Below are positions 8,466 to 16,751 of a stretch of 37,085 nucleotides of DNA, in pieces. The translations under genes were made by a program, and so were the position numbers. Origin of the DNA: a virus (taxonomy: Duplodnaviria; Heunggongvirae; Uroviricota; Caudoviricetes). Where the stretch lies: IMG/VR virus record IMGVR_UViG_3300038393_001148. One strand, given 5' to 3'. The notes beneath the pieces were generated by a model, which was not told where the DNA came from, searched no databases, and saw only the letters and a program-made list of their open reading frames with translations. The first letter of the stretch is position 1; each line of letters starts with the position of its first letter.

Positions 8466-8977
8466 TGCTGACGGTTCTCATCGCGGTGATGGTGACGATT
8501 CTGACGGCTATCGCAGCCCATATGTGGGGCGCAATAGCGACAAGCATACTAGTGGGGCTCTCTACCCTCGCAGCTATCTCGATTAACGCGACTGTCATCC
8601 CGGTTCTTATTGCCATACTCTCGTCCGGTTTTATCTTCGGCTTGTTCAAGATCATGCCCGAGAGACGGTCGATCCTAGTGCAGGCGTCTGAGAACGCCGT
8701 TAAAGTGGTCAACGAAGCTATCGGGACCCTTCAGAAGGAGTTGACGGAGGCCCGTCTAGAGATCGCCCGCCTAGAGGGTGAGTTATCGACCGCCAAGCAG
8801 CAGCGCGAGAAGTTTGAAAATGAGATCATCGAGCTACGTAGAAAAATCACCCGCCTAGAGACGCAGCTAGAGATCTACCAACGCATCCAAGGAGCCCGTG
8901 TTCGTAATTACCCTCTCCACGACACTGAGCGCAGGCGTGATACCCCTGATGTTCCCGACCCGCCATTCGAAGATTAG
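8465..8977 (+). CDS. Membrane-anchored coiled-coil protein
   Basis: Hydrophobic N-terminus followed by a heptad-rich helix. Confidence 0.7.
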   Translation: MLTVLIAVMVTILTAIAAHMWGAIATSILVGLSTLAAISINATVIPVLIAILSSGFIFGLFKIMPERRSILVQASENAVKVVNEAIGTLQKELTEARLEIARLEGELSTAKQQREKFENEIIELRRKITRLETQLEIYQRIQGARVRNYPLHDTERRRDTPDVPDPPFED

Positions 8978-8978
8978 T

Positions 8979-9110
8979 ATGTCTGACCAGTCTCCCTCCG
9001 AAGAGCTACAAGAACTGTTGCAGCAGCACCGAGATAAAACGCTGCGCCCTCCACCTGAGCCCCCATGGACCGAAGATCCCGATTCGGAAGAGGCTACAGG
9101 AGAGCCTTGA
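8979..9110 (+). CDS. Small acidic/Pro-rich hypothetical protein
   Basis: ATG follows the upstream stop directly. Confidence 0.45.
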   Translation: MSDQSPSEELQELLQQHRDKTLRPPPEPPWTEDPDSEEATGEP

Positions 9111-9134
9111 CCTAGGCTCGCTACCTGCTACACT
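9107..9134 (+). promoter_or_regulatory. Sigma70-type promoter
   Basis: TTGACC-16-(TGC)TACACT. Confidence 0.6.
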
Positions 9135-9163
9135 TGTTCTCCATCGAGGAGAAGGGACCTCAA

Positions 9164-9622
9164 TTGGAATACGTAGACCCCAAAATTGTCAAGGGCTTTC
9201 GGAGCGAAGTGACTCAACAGCTTGCTGAGTCCGTCGATTTCGCTGTCCAGCAACTAGAACACAGTGGCGAAGTCGTTGAGGCAGACGCTATTCGTCAGAC
9301 GGCCCAGGATGCTTTGTCGGAGTTGATGACTCCGATGGTCGAGGCGACCATAGACGCCTATAAGAAGTCCGAGCAATTCGTGGACTTCGATGCGGTAGCT
9401 CAGTTGTTTAATCATCTGGCTATCCGCGCCAGATTGATGGCACTCTGTGCCCGGGATTCAAGCCATCCGGACCGATTCCCTACCGTGCTCGCTAAGACAC
9501 GTCGCGGGGACGTTGAGGGCACCTTGTATGATGTCCTGTTGAAGGACAACATGGAGACCGCGCATATCGGTGACGAGTACATCCCGGTAGTTGCCATTCT
9601 AGAAATTAAATCTGAGTCTTGA
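9164..9622 (+). CDS. Hypothetical protein
   Basis: ORF; TTG start after GAGGAG (start uncertain). Confidence 0.65.
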   Translation: MEYVDPKIVKGFRSEVTQQLAESVDFAVQQLEHSGEVVEADAIRQTAQDALSELMTPMVEATIDAYKKSEQFVDFDAVAQLFNHLAIRARLMALCARDSSHPDRFPTVLAKTRRGDVEGTLYDVLLKDNMETAHIGDEYIPVVAILEIKSES

Positions 9623-9648
9623 CAACGGGCTTAGAGGTGTAGTACCGT
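9619..9648 (+). promoter_or_regulatory. Sigma70-type promoter
   Basis: TTGACA-18-TACCGT. Confidence 0.55.
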
Positions 9649-9682
9649 TAGAGCATCACAAACAACTTCCCAGGAGGAAGCG

Positions 9683-10060
9683 TTGACCGCAGAAGTGAAG
9701 GATCCTGAGGGTCGAGTCGAGTCGATCCTTGATGAGGCCCGCGAGGCGCTAGAAGCGCAGCTTGAGGAGCTTCGTCCCGCGCATGAGGCGTTTGTGCGCC
9801 TGGAGCGCATCGTCAGTAATTACGACGCTGTGACTTCGGACCAGCCGATCACCGGCCGTAGCGGAGACCGCGCAAGCCGTGGTAGCCGTCCGCAGCAGTT
9901 CCTCGCGATTGTCGCCGAGGCTGGCGACGAGGGCGTGACGGTATCTGAGGCCCTGCCGAAGATGGAGGGCATCAACAACAACTACCTCTACCGCATTGCC
10001 GCCGATGCCGTCAAGGAGGGCATCGTCCGCAAGGAGGGCAAGCGCTACTTCACGGCCTAG
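9683..10060 (+). CDS. Coiled-coil plus winged-helix DNA-binding protein
   Basis: AGGAGG SD; C-terminal GVTVSE...GINNNYLYRI...EGIVRKEG wHTH pattern. Confidence 0.7.
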   Translation: MTAEVKDPEGRVESILDEAREALEAQLEELRPAHEAFVRLERIVSNYDAVTSDQPITGRSGDRASRGSRPQQFLAIVAEAGDEGVTVSEALPKMEGINNNYLYRIAADAVKEGIVRKEGKRYFTA

Positions 10061-10080
10061 AGGCTCAGAAGTGGAAAGGG

Positions 10081-10111
10081 AGGCCCGGCATAGTCCGGGC
10101 CTTTCCTATTT
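10081..10111 (+). terminator. Intrinsic terminator
   Basis: AGGCCCGG-CATAGT-CCGGGCCT-TTCCTATTT. Confidence 0.7.
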
Positions 10112-10121
10112 AACAACAGGC

Positions 10122-10150
10122 TTGACAAGAGCAATACCTACAAGTACACT
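10122..10150 (+). promoter_or_regulatory. Sigma70-type leaderless promoter
   Basis: TTGACA-17-TACACT-6-ATG. Confidence 0.8.
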
Positions 10151-10156
10151 GTTCGC

Positions 10157-10714
10157 ATGACACTCATCAGCCAACGGGAGCGGACCGAGCTACGACGGAT
10201 CGTCAAGGCTCGCTTCGACATCCTGGATCGACAGCTACACAATCGCGAGCAAGAAGTCGCACGCTTGGTTCGCCAGCAGATCGAGCAGGAATATTCTGAC
10301 GCGGCGACCAAGATGATGAACAAGGTCGAGAAGCTTCAGGAGAAGATGGAGAAGATTGCGGCCGAGGCGAAGGCCGTTGAGCAGGAGGCGGCTGAGCTAG
10401 GCCTGATCTCCGACGACCGTCGAGGTCGAGGCCGCGTCCTGACCTACGAGTTCACAGAGGGCTTCTCGCCAAAGGACTTGGGCCCGCGCGTCAAGCGCGC
10501 GGTGGCCGAGATCAAGAGCCAAGCCAGCCTCCACGGCGAGGACTTGGCCCTCAAGCGCCTGGAGCTTGAGGAGGAGCTAGCCATTGGCGCGTTGGAAACG
10601 GATAGCGCCAAGGGCTTCCTGGAGAAGGTTCCGGACATCGATTCGCTGTTGCCGCTGAACGGCAACATCGCCAAGGCCATCGAGGCGACCGCGACGGAGG
10701 CGAAAAATGACTGA
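10157..10714 (+). CDS. Coiled-coil hypothetical protein
   Basis: ORF, helical composition. Confidence 0.75.
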   Translation: MTLISQRERTELRRIVKARFDILDRQLHNREQEVARLVRQQIEQEYSDAATKMMNKVEKLQEKMEKIAAEAKAVEQEAAELGLISDDRRGRGRVLTYEFTEGFSPKDLGPRVKRAVAEIKSQASLHGEDLALKRLELEEELAIGALETDSAKGFLEKVPDIDSLLPLNGNIAKAIEATATEAKND

Positions 10715-11108
10715 GGCGACGACCCAGACCAATTACGCAGAGATCTTCTTCGGTTCGCTCTGGCGCATCGATGAGGATCATCGCGCGGAGGCCGAGCAGA
10801 TCCTCCGAGACGCCCTCACCACCGATGAGGACTTCGATGACATGCTCGACACGCTCGCCGAGAAGTACAATGCCAAGGTGAGCTACGACGGCGAGGAGCG
10901 CACCATCGTTTTCGGACGGCAGATCACCACGATTTCGCACTCCGACAATTCCTTCGATGAGATGTCGCTCCTGCGGGTGATGGATCTCGATAAGGGCGTC
11001 CTCCTGGAGGAGGTCCGTAACGAGGTCAAGCAGCAGCTTGAGGAGGTTCCCTATAACCTCCGCGAGCACCTGTCCTCCCCCGGCTTCTGCACTGTCTGGG
11101 CGTCATGA
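10707..11108 (+). CDS. Acidic hypothetical protein
   Basis: ORF with GGAGG SD and GC-biased codons. Confidence 0.75.
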   Translation: MTEATTQTNYAEIFFGSLWRIDEDHRAEAEQILRDALTTDEDFDDMLDTLAEKYNAKVSYDGEERTIVFGRQITTISHSDNSFDEMSLLRVMDLDKGVLLEEVRNEVKQQLEEVPYNLREHLSSPGFCTVWAS

Positions 11109-11266
11109 CCGAGATGGATGACGTAGAGAATGGCGTAGAAGATGCGTACATTCTCTACGTCCTCTCCACTTCCAGTGAGGGCCTCACCCAGGAGCAGATT
11201 GCCGAGCGAATTAAGAGCCTCTCTGCGGAAGAGAGGCTGAAGGCGCTGGCCGACTATGACTCATGA
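11105..11266 (+). CDS. Small hypothetical protein (53 aa)
   Basis: MTEMDDVENG...GLTQEQIAERI; ATGA overlap; translated by hand. Confidence 0.55.
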   Translation: MTEMDDVENGVEDAYILYVLSTSSEGLTQEQIAERIKSLSAEERLKALADYDS

Positions 11267-11546
11267 GTTCGAGGTTGGCGATCTCTTTGTGGCGTCCTGT
11301 TCTATGGGTAATGTAGAACAGGGCGAGACATATCGAGTTACTCGGATATACCCCGTTAAGTCGCCGGGGCCTTGTGACCTGATGATTGAACCTTCTGATC
11401 AGAGGCTCCCAGAGTCCCAACAATGGGGCTGGTCGTCAGCCAATACGGTGCCGGTCGTAAGTACACTAACCTGGCTCACCTGTCCTGAGTGCAGAGAGCC
11501 GATGTTGATCACAGAGGATTATCTGTGCTCTAGGTGTAGGTCTTGA
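11256..11546 (+). CDS. Zn-finger-tagged small protein with SH3-like N-terminus
   Basis: FEVGDLFV...GETYRV; C-terminal CPECREPMLITEDYLCSRCR. Confidence 0.8.
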   Translation: MTHEFEVGDLFVASCSMGNVEQGETYRVTRIYPVKSPGPCDLMIEPSDQRLPESQQWGWSSANTVPVVSTLTWLTCPECREPMLITEDYLCSRCRS

Positions 11547-11571
11547 CAGACCTTCCATATCCTGGTAAGGT
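11543..11571 (+). promoter_or_regulatory. Sigma70-type leaderless promoter
   Basis: TTGACA (overlaps the TGA stop)-17-(TGG)TAAGGT-7-ATG(11579). Confidence 0.85.
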
Positions 11572-11578
11572 GTGCCTC

Positions 11579-11782
11579 ATGCTGATTCAGGATCGAGGTG
11601 ACGGCTGGAGGGTCTACGATGAGTGGTCCGATGGTGTCGAGCGCCCCGTCTTTACCGGCTTCAAGGACAATGCGCCGCGCGAGGCGTTTATGAATTCCGA
11701 GACGGCCGCCGTCGCCCTCCAGGATTGCTTCGATTTCGTGCGCGAGCGCGAGAGCTACCTGGCCGAGGAGGACGCGCGATGA
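11579..11782 (+). CDS. Hypothetical protein
   Basis: ATG after the promoter; ATGA overlap with the ligase. Confidence 0.7.
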   Translation: MLIQDRGDGWRVYDEWSDGVERPVFTGFKDNAPREAFMNSETAAVALQDCFDFVRERESYLAEEDAR

Positions 11783-12747
11783 CCTGGCCCGCCCCGGATA
11801 AGCTCTGCCAGAACGCAGCGCCACCCGTAGGCGCTCCGTCCGCCATGGATCTCTCTGGCCTCGTCATGGAGCCCAAGCTTGACGGCTTCCGGCTTCTCCT
11901 ACATGTTGGTCCCAACGGCGTCGATACGTTCACGCGCACCGGCAAGTCCCAGAAGGGAAAGCTCCCGCATATCGAGGCGGCGTTGTCCGACCTCCCCGAG
12001 GGCACATGGCTGGACGGCGAGCTTGTAGCTTTTGACGACAAGGGCTTTCCCGAGTGGGGCAAGGTGCAGACCGTCATGGGCTCCACCGTCAAGGGCGCAG
12101 CGCTCAAGGCCCATATCTTGACCTACGTGGTGTTCGATATGTTGGCCTACAATGGGCTAGACGTTCGCCCTTTGCCTCTTGCTGAGCGACGGGCCGCAAT
12201 GATGACCGTCCTTGGCGGTAATGCTCAGACGGGTGAGACTGCATGGAATTGCCTACAGGTGGCGATTCAGGCTCCCGCCTCCCATGAGTACCACGATAAC
12301 TTAGTTGCTCAGGGGATGGAGGGAACCATCGTCAAGGACCCCGCCAAGCCCTACGCCTCAGGCAAGCGCGGCCATGGCTGGATCAAGTTCAAGGCCAACG
12401 ATGAGATGGATGTCGTCATCATTGGGTACAAGCCCGGAGAGAATTCCTTCACCGGGATGATCGGAGCTATTGAGTTCGGTCAATACCAGCCCTGCACCTG
12501 CGCCAACGCAAAGGTGGCTATGATTCATCCGGCCTGCGGAGGCCTAGGTAAGATCCTGGTCCCTCGTGGTCGATGCTCAGGCATGGACATGAAGACCCGC
12601 ATCGACATTACCAACAACCAACAGCAATACCTTGGCAAGGTCTTCAGCCTGGCCTTCATGGGGATCATGCCTTCGGGCTCCCCGCGTCACCCGCAGTACA
12701 AGCGTATGAGGATCGACAAATCTCCCATCGATTGCGAGTGGACATAA
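11779..12747 (+). CDS. ATP-dependent DNA ligase (compact, LigC/LigD-ligase-domain-like)
   Basis: Motifs I EPKLDGFR, III LDGELV, IIIa YVVFDML, IV EGTIVK, V WIKFK, VI PRHPQYKRMRIDK; GAGGAGG SD. Confidence 0.92.
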   Translation: MTWPAPDKLCQNAAPPVGAPSAMDLSGLVMEPKLDGFRLLLHVGPNGVDTFTRTGKSQKGKLPHIEAALSDLPEGTWLDGELVAFDDKGFPEWGKVQTVMGSTVKGAALKAHILTYVVFDMLAYNGLDVRPLPLAERRAAMMTVLGGNAQTGETAWNCLQVAIQAPASHEYHDNLVAQGMEGTIVKDPAKPYASGKRGHGWIKFKANDEMDVVIIGYKPGENSFTGMIGAIEFGQYQPCTCANAKVAMIHPACGGLGKILVPRGRCSGMDMKTRIDITNNQQQYLGKVFSLAFMGIMPSGSPRHPQYKRMRIDKSPIDCEWT

Positions 12748-13173
12748 ATGGTCATCTTTTTCAGCGTCCTCGTAATCGCGGCAGCCCTACTTGTGGCCGC
12801 TCACCCGATCCTGCGAGATCCCCAGAAGGAGATCCGCAGGACTTGGGATCTCACCATCGCCGATTTACTGCGGGACATTGCGAGGCCGCACGAATACGCG
12901 GTCTCCAGTAAGGAATGGGAGGACATCCTCCCAGCAATCGCCGCCGCCGAGCGGGCCGCAGGCGATATCATGGATAATAACTCCCCGATCTATCAGCAGC
13001 TTGTAGCGGACCTGGAGGATGCGCGCAAGGATGTTGAGATAAAGATCGAGGAGGCGAAGGCGGCCGAGGAGCAGGAGCGCCTAGCGACGAAGGACGATAT
13101 CTGCCCGGAGTGCGGAAACAAATTCGCCTTCGTAGATGATTACCTATGTCCAGATTGTAGGGCTAAAACATAA
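12748..13173 (+). CDS. Zn-finger-tagged protein with N-terminal TM
   Basis: C-terminal CPECGNKFAFVDDYLCPDCR. Confidence 0.8.
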   Translation: MVIFFSVLVIAAALLVAAHPILRDPQKEIRRTWDLTIADLLRDIARPHEYAVSSKEWEDILPAIAAAERAAGDIMDNNSPIYQQLVADLEDARKDVEIKIEEAKAAEEQERLATKDDICPECGNKFAFVDDYLCPDCRAKT

Positions 13174-13604
13174 TGAACTTCGACAAGGACAAGGCGCGGA
13201 AGGATCTAGCACCGCGCCCCATGAACGTCACGCAGAAGGTCGAGCCCGGACAAGTCTGGGTATTTTTCGATGCCGACCGTGAAGGTAAGGTTAAGTGGCT
13301 TGTCGAAAGCTTTGTGGAAGTGGAAGAAAGCTCCGCGAACACTCGAACCGATGATCGACAAGTCAGGATCCAAAAGCTTACGGGTAGAGATGCTGGATAC
13401 ACCACCAACTATCCCGTTGAGACGATGGAGGCGGGCCGTCCTTGGGCGTTCGAGGGCGAGGGAGATGTTGAATATCTTTGGCCCTGTCCTGAGTGCGAGA
13501 AGGACCGCCCTATCATGAGGGGCGACTACGTGTGTATTGATTGTCGTGCCTTGACAGATGACTCTGATCCTGGTAAGGTTGGAAACCATGAAGGCAATCG
13601 CTAA
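13173..13604 (+). CDS. Zn-finger-tagged protein (PGQVW N-terminus)
   Basis: CPECEKDRPIMRGDYVCIDCR. Confidence 0.8.
   Translation: MNFDKDKARKDLAPRPMNVTQKVEPGQVWVFFDADREGKVKWLVESFVEVEESSANTRTDDRQVRIQKLTGRDAGYTTNYPVETMEAGRPWAFEGEGDVEYLWPCPECEKDRPIMRGDYVCIDCRALTDDSDPGKVGNHEGNR
13551..13579 (+). promoter_or_regulatory. Sigma70-type leaderless promoter for Ku
   Basis: TTGACA-17-(TGG)TAAGGT-8-ATG(13588). Confidence 0.85.
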
Positions 13605-14379
13605 CACCACCATCCGCTTCGGCCTCATCAATCTTCCTGTGGGAATCTGCAAGGCCACGGGCGAGATGGAGGATGTCAAGTTCAACCTTGGCGACTCCCA
13701 GGGCCGACGCCTCATCCAGCAGTACGTCGATCCCGAGAACAAGGTCGTCCCCTCCGATGAGCAGACCAAGCTCTACGAGGGCCACATCATCGACAAGGAT
13801 GATCTGGCGACCATCGCGGAGCAGACCAAGCTGCCGGACCTGTCCGTCCTCAAGATCGAGGAGCGCGAGCGCTTCGACGCCGAGGCCTACCGGATCACCG
13901 GCCACTACTTCCTCCAGAGCACCAAGAAGACGGGCAACATCAATGCCTACAAGCTCTTCGCGGACGCCCTGAAGGCCACCAACAAGGTCGCGGTCACGAA
14001 GTTCACCTTCCGCACCCGCCAGCAGATCGTCGTCCTCTGGCCGAACGAGGACGGCATCCTCTGCGCGTCCACGATGGCGTTCCGCTCCGACGTTCGCGCG
14101 CCGGACGAGAATGTGCGCGCCCACCTGGCCGGGACCTACACCGAGGCCGAGATGGATATGGCGAAGCAGCTTTTCGAGGCGCTTGGCAACTCCGAGACCG
14201 ACCCGCTGGAGATGGAGACCGACGAGGCCGTGGCGAAGCGTTACGCGCTCGTCCAGCAGGTCATGGCGGGCGAGCCCATCGAGAAGGCCGAGAAGGTCGA
14301 GGTCCAGCAGGCCAACACCGCCCTGGCCGACGCCCTCGCGCAGATGCTCGCCGCCCAGAAGGAGGCCACGGTCGCATGA
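13588..14379 (+). CDS. ku: Ku DNA end-binding protein
   Basis: MKAI..TIRFGLINLPV, AYKLFADALK...KVAV.KF.FR.R, E.E..MA.QL match the prokaryotic Ku pattern. Confidence 0.88.
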   Translation: MKAIANTTIRFGLINLPVGICKATGEMEDVKFNLGDSQGRRLIQQYVDPENKVVPSDEQTKLYEGHIIDKDDLATIAEQTKLPDLSVLKIEERERFDAEAYRITGHYFLQSTKKTGNINAYKLFADALKATNKVAVTKFTFRTRQQIVVLWPNEDGILCASTMAFRSDVRAPDENVRAHLAGTYTEAEMDMAKQLFEALGNSETDPLEMETDEAVAKRYALVQQVMAGEPIEKAEKVEVQQANTALADALAQMLAAQKEATVA

Positions 14380-14501
14380 GTTCCCAGCAAATGAATTCCC
14401 AAAGCAGCCAGCCTCCGAAGGTGATCTACCCGAGGCCGGACCGGATTGCGTGTCCGGCGTGCCGGGCCATGGCGATCGCTAAGACCGGAGAGCAGTCATG
14501 A
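14376..14501 (+). CDS. Tiny ORF (41 aa) ending AIAKTGEQS
   Basis: ATGA-coupled; translated by hand. Confidence 0.5.
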   Translation: MSSQQMNSQSSQPPKVIYPRPDRIACPACRAMAIAKTGEQS

Positions 14502-14647
14502 AGTACATGTGGAAGCCGCGCGTGGGGCCGCTCGGCCTGCGCATCCATCCGAACCGGCCGCGTGGCCTCTACTTCCTGTGGCGTCAGCGGCCGTACTGCA
14601 TCTTCGATCGGCTGGCGATCGCTGCCAAGACCGGGGAGCGATCGTGA
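14498..14647 (+). CDS. Tiny ORF (49 aa) ending AIAAKTGERS
   Basis: ATGA/GTGA-coupled with GGAG SD. Confidence 0.55.
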   Translation: MKYMWKPRVGPLGLRIHPNRPRGLYFLWRQRPYCIFDRLAIAAKTGERS

Positions 14648-14856
14648 AGGCCAAGCTGAACGTCGATCGGCTCGCGCGAGCGCTACACGCCGTCGATGCC
14701 GCAGAGGGGCGAGCGGTCACAGACGACTTCGACTTCGGACCCGCCGAGTACATGCGCCACGTCTATCGGAAGCGAGCCAAGGCCACGCTGCGCGCGGCTC
14801 GCGCCATCGCAAAGAGCCGCGAGCGCTCGACCGAGCGGCAGGGCGGAAAGCGATGA
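14644..14856 (+). CDS. Small hypothetical protein
   Basis: GTG start, coupled to neighbours. Confidence 0.55.
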   Translation: MKAKLNVDRLARALHAVDAAEGRAVTDDFDFGPAEYMRHVYRKRAKATLRAARAIAKSRERSTERQGGKR

Positions 14857-15026
14857 TCGGCGGCGTTTGTCCGGAGTGCGAGAGGGCGGGTCGTACGGAT
14901 GAGATCCCGTGCCCGCACGTTCGCGAGATCCTTGGGGATCTGCCGTACGTCCCGATCACGGATCCGGCCTGGACGCGCCTTCTGGGCCGTCTGGAAGCGT
15001 CGAGCCGCGACCTGCCTGAGTGCTAG
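14853..15026 (+). CDS. Small Cys-containing protein (CPEC...CPH)
   Basis: ATGA-coupled. Confidence 0.5.
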   Translation: MIGGVCPECERAGRTDEIPCPHVREILGDLPYVPITDPAWTRLLGRLEASSRDLPEC

Positions 15027-15030
15027 ATAC

Positions 15031-15378
15031 ATGCAACTTAATTTCCACTGGGATGGAAGGCCGCTTCCTACCTGGGAAGCGATCTTCGAAGCGGCCTTCG
15101 AGATCGCTTCTAATCACCCGGCCCGCGCCGGGGAATTCATGGACGAGTTTGTCGCCGAGGTTCATAGGGCGGGCTTAGACATTGATCCGCTAAGCTTGTT
15201 CTATGAGAACCTTGGCTATATGGGCGGATACTATTCCCATGACGAGCGTGTCAAGGTGTATGACGTGTTTAATACCAAACACCCGTTCTTCGGTCGCAAA
15301 GACATCAAAGCCACGGAAGCCTTTGAGATCGGTAAGCAATGGGGTGAAGCCATGAAGCGTGGGGAGAGATTCCCGTGA
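15031..15378 (+). CDS. Hypothetical protein
   Basis: ORF MQLNFHWDG...; GTGA-coupled downstream. Confidence 0.7.
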   Translation: MQLNFHWDGRPLPTWEAIFEAAFEIASNHPARAGEFMDEFVAEVHRAGLDIDPLSLFYENLGYMGGYYSHDERVKVYDVFNTKHPFFGRKDIKATEAFEIGKQWGEAMKRGERFP

Positions 15379-15563
15379 GCCTTTCCCCTGAGGAGCTAGC
15401 TAAGCTAGCTCAGTTGTATGAGTTGGAAGCGAGTCAGCCCGGCCCCGGATTGCTCAAGGAGAAATTACGCAATGTTGAGGGCGAGCTACGAGATTGCGCC
15501 GGATGTGGGCATGTCAAGCTCCATGATCCTGACGATTACCTCTGCTACGAATGTCGAGACTAG
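15375..15563 (+). CDS. Zn-finger-tagged small protein
   Basis: CAGCGHVKLHDPDDYLCYECR. Confidence 0.75.
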   Translation: MSLSPEELAKLAQLYELEASQPGPGLLKEKLRNVEGELRDCAGCGHVKLHDPDDYLCYECRD

Positions 15564-15565
15564 TC

Positions 15566-15624
15566 TTGCATTCCGCTCCGGAATGTGCTAGACCATTCGG
15601 AACCCGAATCATTCGGGGCCGAAC
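15566..15624 (+). promoter_or_regulatory. Promoter overlapped by three palindromic operator-like sites
   Basis: TTGCAT-17-(TGC)TAGACC; CATTCCG-N3-CGGAATG, ATTCGG-N3-CCGAAT, ATTCGG-N2-CCGAAC. Confidence 0.55.
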
Positions 15625-15702
15625 ATGAGCTATACTGTCGGCATAGGAACAGGCAGGGTTGGGTAGGATTCCCGCCATGCCAATCGATAAACAGGAGGCA
15701 GG

Positions 15703-16371
15703 ATGAGCATCCAGGCTGAATGCCGGGAGGCTATGAATCGTCTTGCGGCCAAGGGTCAGGTATTTACCGAGTTCGACGTAGCGAATGCGGCCAGCCATGA
15801 GGGCTGGTCAACCAAGCATTTCGAACAGGCGGTAAAGCATGCATACAGCGTGCTGCAAGGCGACTACAAGAAGGGCAAGCTTGTACGATTTGGCCCCGTA
15901 GATTTCAAGGGCACGAAGGACTATGCCCGCAGAGGGACCAAGATCATGTATACGTCGGCGACAGTCGGCCCGCAGTCGCTAGAGACTCCCAACGGGGAGT
16001 TCCCGCGCATGTTCGCGGCCTCGGACAATCTAGTCCGCGCCGGTCGCCGCGTTGGCACCGGCCGCGACGATACAAAGCCGTGGGCCGATCAGCAGGTGAC
16101 GATCAAGCGCGAGTCGCGCGGTCCGGGCGTGGACCCCGCTCCGTTGCTGAAGGAAATCCAGGAGTTGCGCGAAGCCAATAGCCGCTTGGAAAAGTTGCTG
16201 AAGGCTACCGGCGACGGCGGCAACGGGCGTCAAGTTATTCATGACGATGACGCCGTAGAAGTCCCTGGGCGCTTCGGTGAGCTTGTGGCATTGCTCGCCG
16301 ATAGGTTGGCCGAGGATCCGCGTCTGCTGGAGGGTGTCAAGACCTCCATGGCCGAAGCGTTGATCTCCTAG
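15703..16371 (+). CDS. Hypothetical protein
   Basis: AGGAGG SD, 222-aa ORF. Confidence 0.8.
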   Translation: MSIQAECREAMNRLAAKGQVFTEFDVANAASHEGWSTKHFEQAVKHAYSVLQGDYKKGKLVRFGPVDFKGTKDYARRGTKIMYTSATVGPQSLETPNGEFPRMFAASDNLVRAGRRVGTGRDDTKPWADQQVTIKRESRGPGVDPAPLLKEIQELREANSRLEKLLKATGDGGNGRQVIHDDDAVEVPGRFGELVALLADRLAEDPRLLEGVKTSMAEALIS

Positions 16372-16387
16372 AACAGAAGGGAACATA

Positions 16388-16597
16388 ATGGCATTACGTC
16401 GCTTCCTAGCGGATGGCACGGAGAATCCGTGCCATAAGTGCGGGCGAGACTTTCGCCCTGGCGAAATGAAAACACAGCGGCCGTCCGGGAAGCCGGGCCT
16501 ACCCGGCACCTTTAGCGTCGGCGGCAAGGCCTACGTCTGGGTCCACGAAGGCTGCGGCCCACAGCGCACCAAGACGCACAAGCGCGTCAAGGTGTAG
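16388..16597 (+). CDS. Small Zn-binding protein (CxxC...HxxC)
   Basis: CHKC...WVHEGC. Confidence 0.65.
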   Translation: MALRRFLADGTENPCHKCGRDFRPGEMKTQRPSGKPGLPGTFSVGGKAYVWVHEGCGPQRTKTHKRVKV

Positions 16598-16609
16598 ACA
16601 TTCGTCCAG

Positions 16610-16636
16610 TCAGGCCGGGGATACTCCCCGGCCTGA
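16610..16636. terminator. Strong hairpin, possible terminator
   Basis: TCAGGCCGGGGA-TAC-TCCCCGGCCTGA. Confidence 0.6.
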
Positions 16637-16648
16637 TAAGCTCCGCGA

Positions 16649-16702
16649 ATCGGTTTCGTCCGGTTCCTAGCCGGACGAACTACTAGATTTAGTCTAGCCG
16701 AT
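16649..16702. ncRNA. Candidate structured RNA (three-way junction)
   Basis: ATCGG/CCGAT closing stem encloses TTCGTCCGG/CCGGACGAA and CTAGA/TCTAG hairpins. Confidence 0.35.
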
Positions 16703-16751
16703 GGTCTAGTATCAATCCCTCCTTGGGGATACACACAGAGGAGAGGGCTCG

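Noticed and set aside
7654-8977. Lysis cassette (holin/spanin)
   Set aside because: Membrane proteins are present, but no endolysin or lipobox is recognisable in the window, so they are left as membrane proteins.
11623-11778. N-terminal extensions given by the ORF track for the ligase (also 5999, 13558, 22231, 24807, 25354)
   Set aside because: They overlap upstream genes or promoters; downstream ATGs have an SD or leaderless promoter geometry.
16630-16702. Hammerhead ribozyme or tRNA
   Set aside because: CTGATAAG and GAAA-like segments are not arranged around the stems as the hammerhead core requires on either strand, and there is no tRNA cloverleaf or T-loop.
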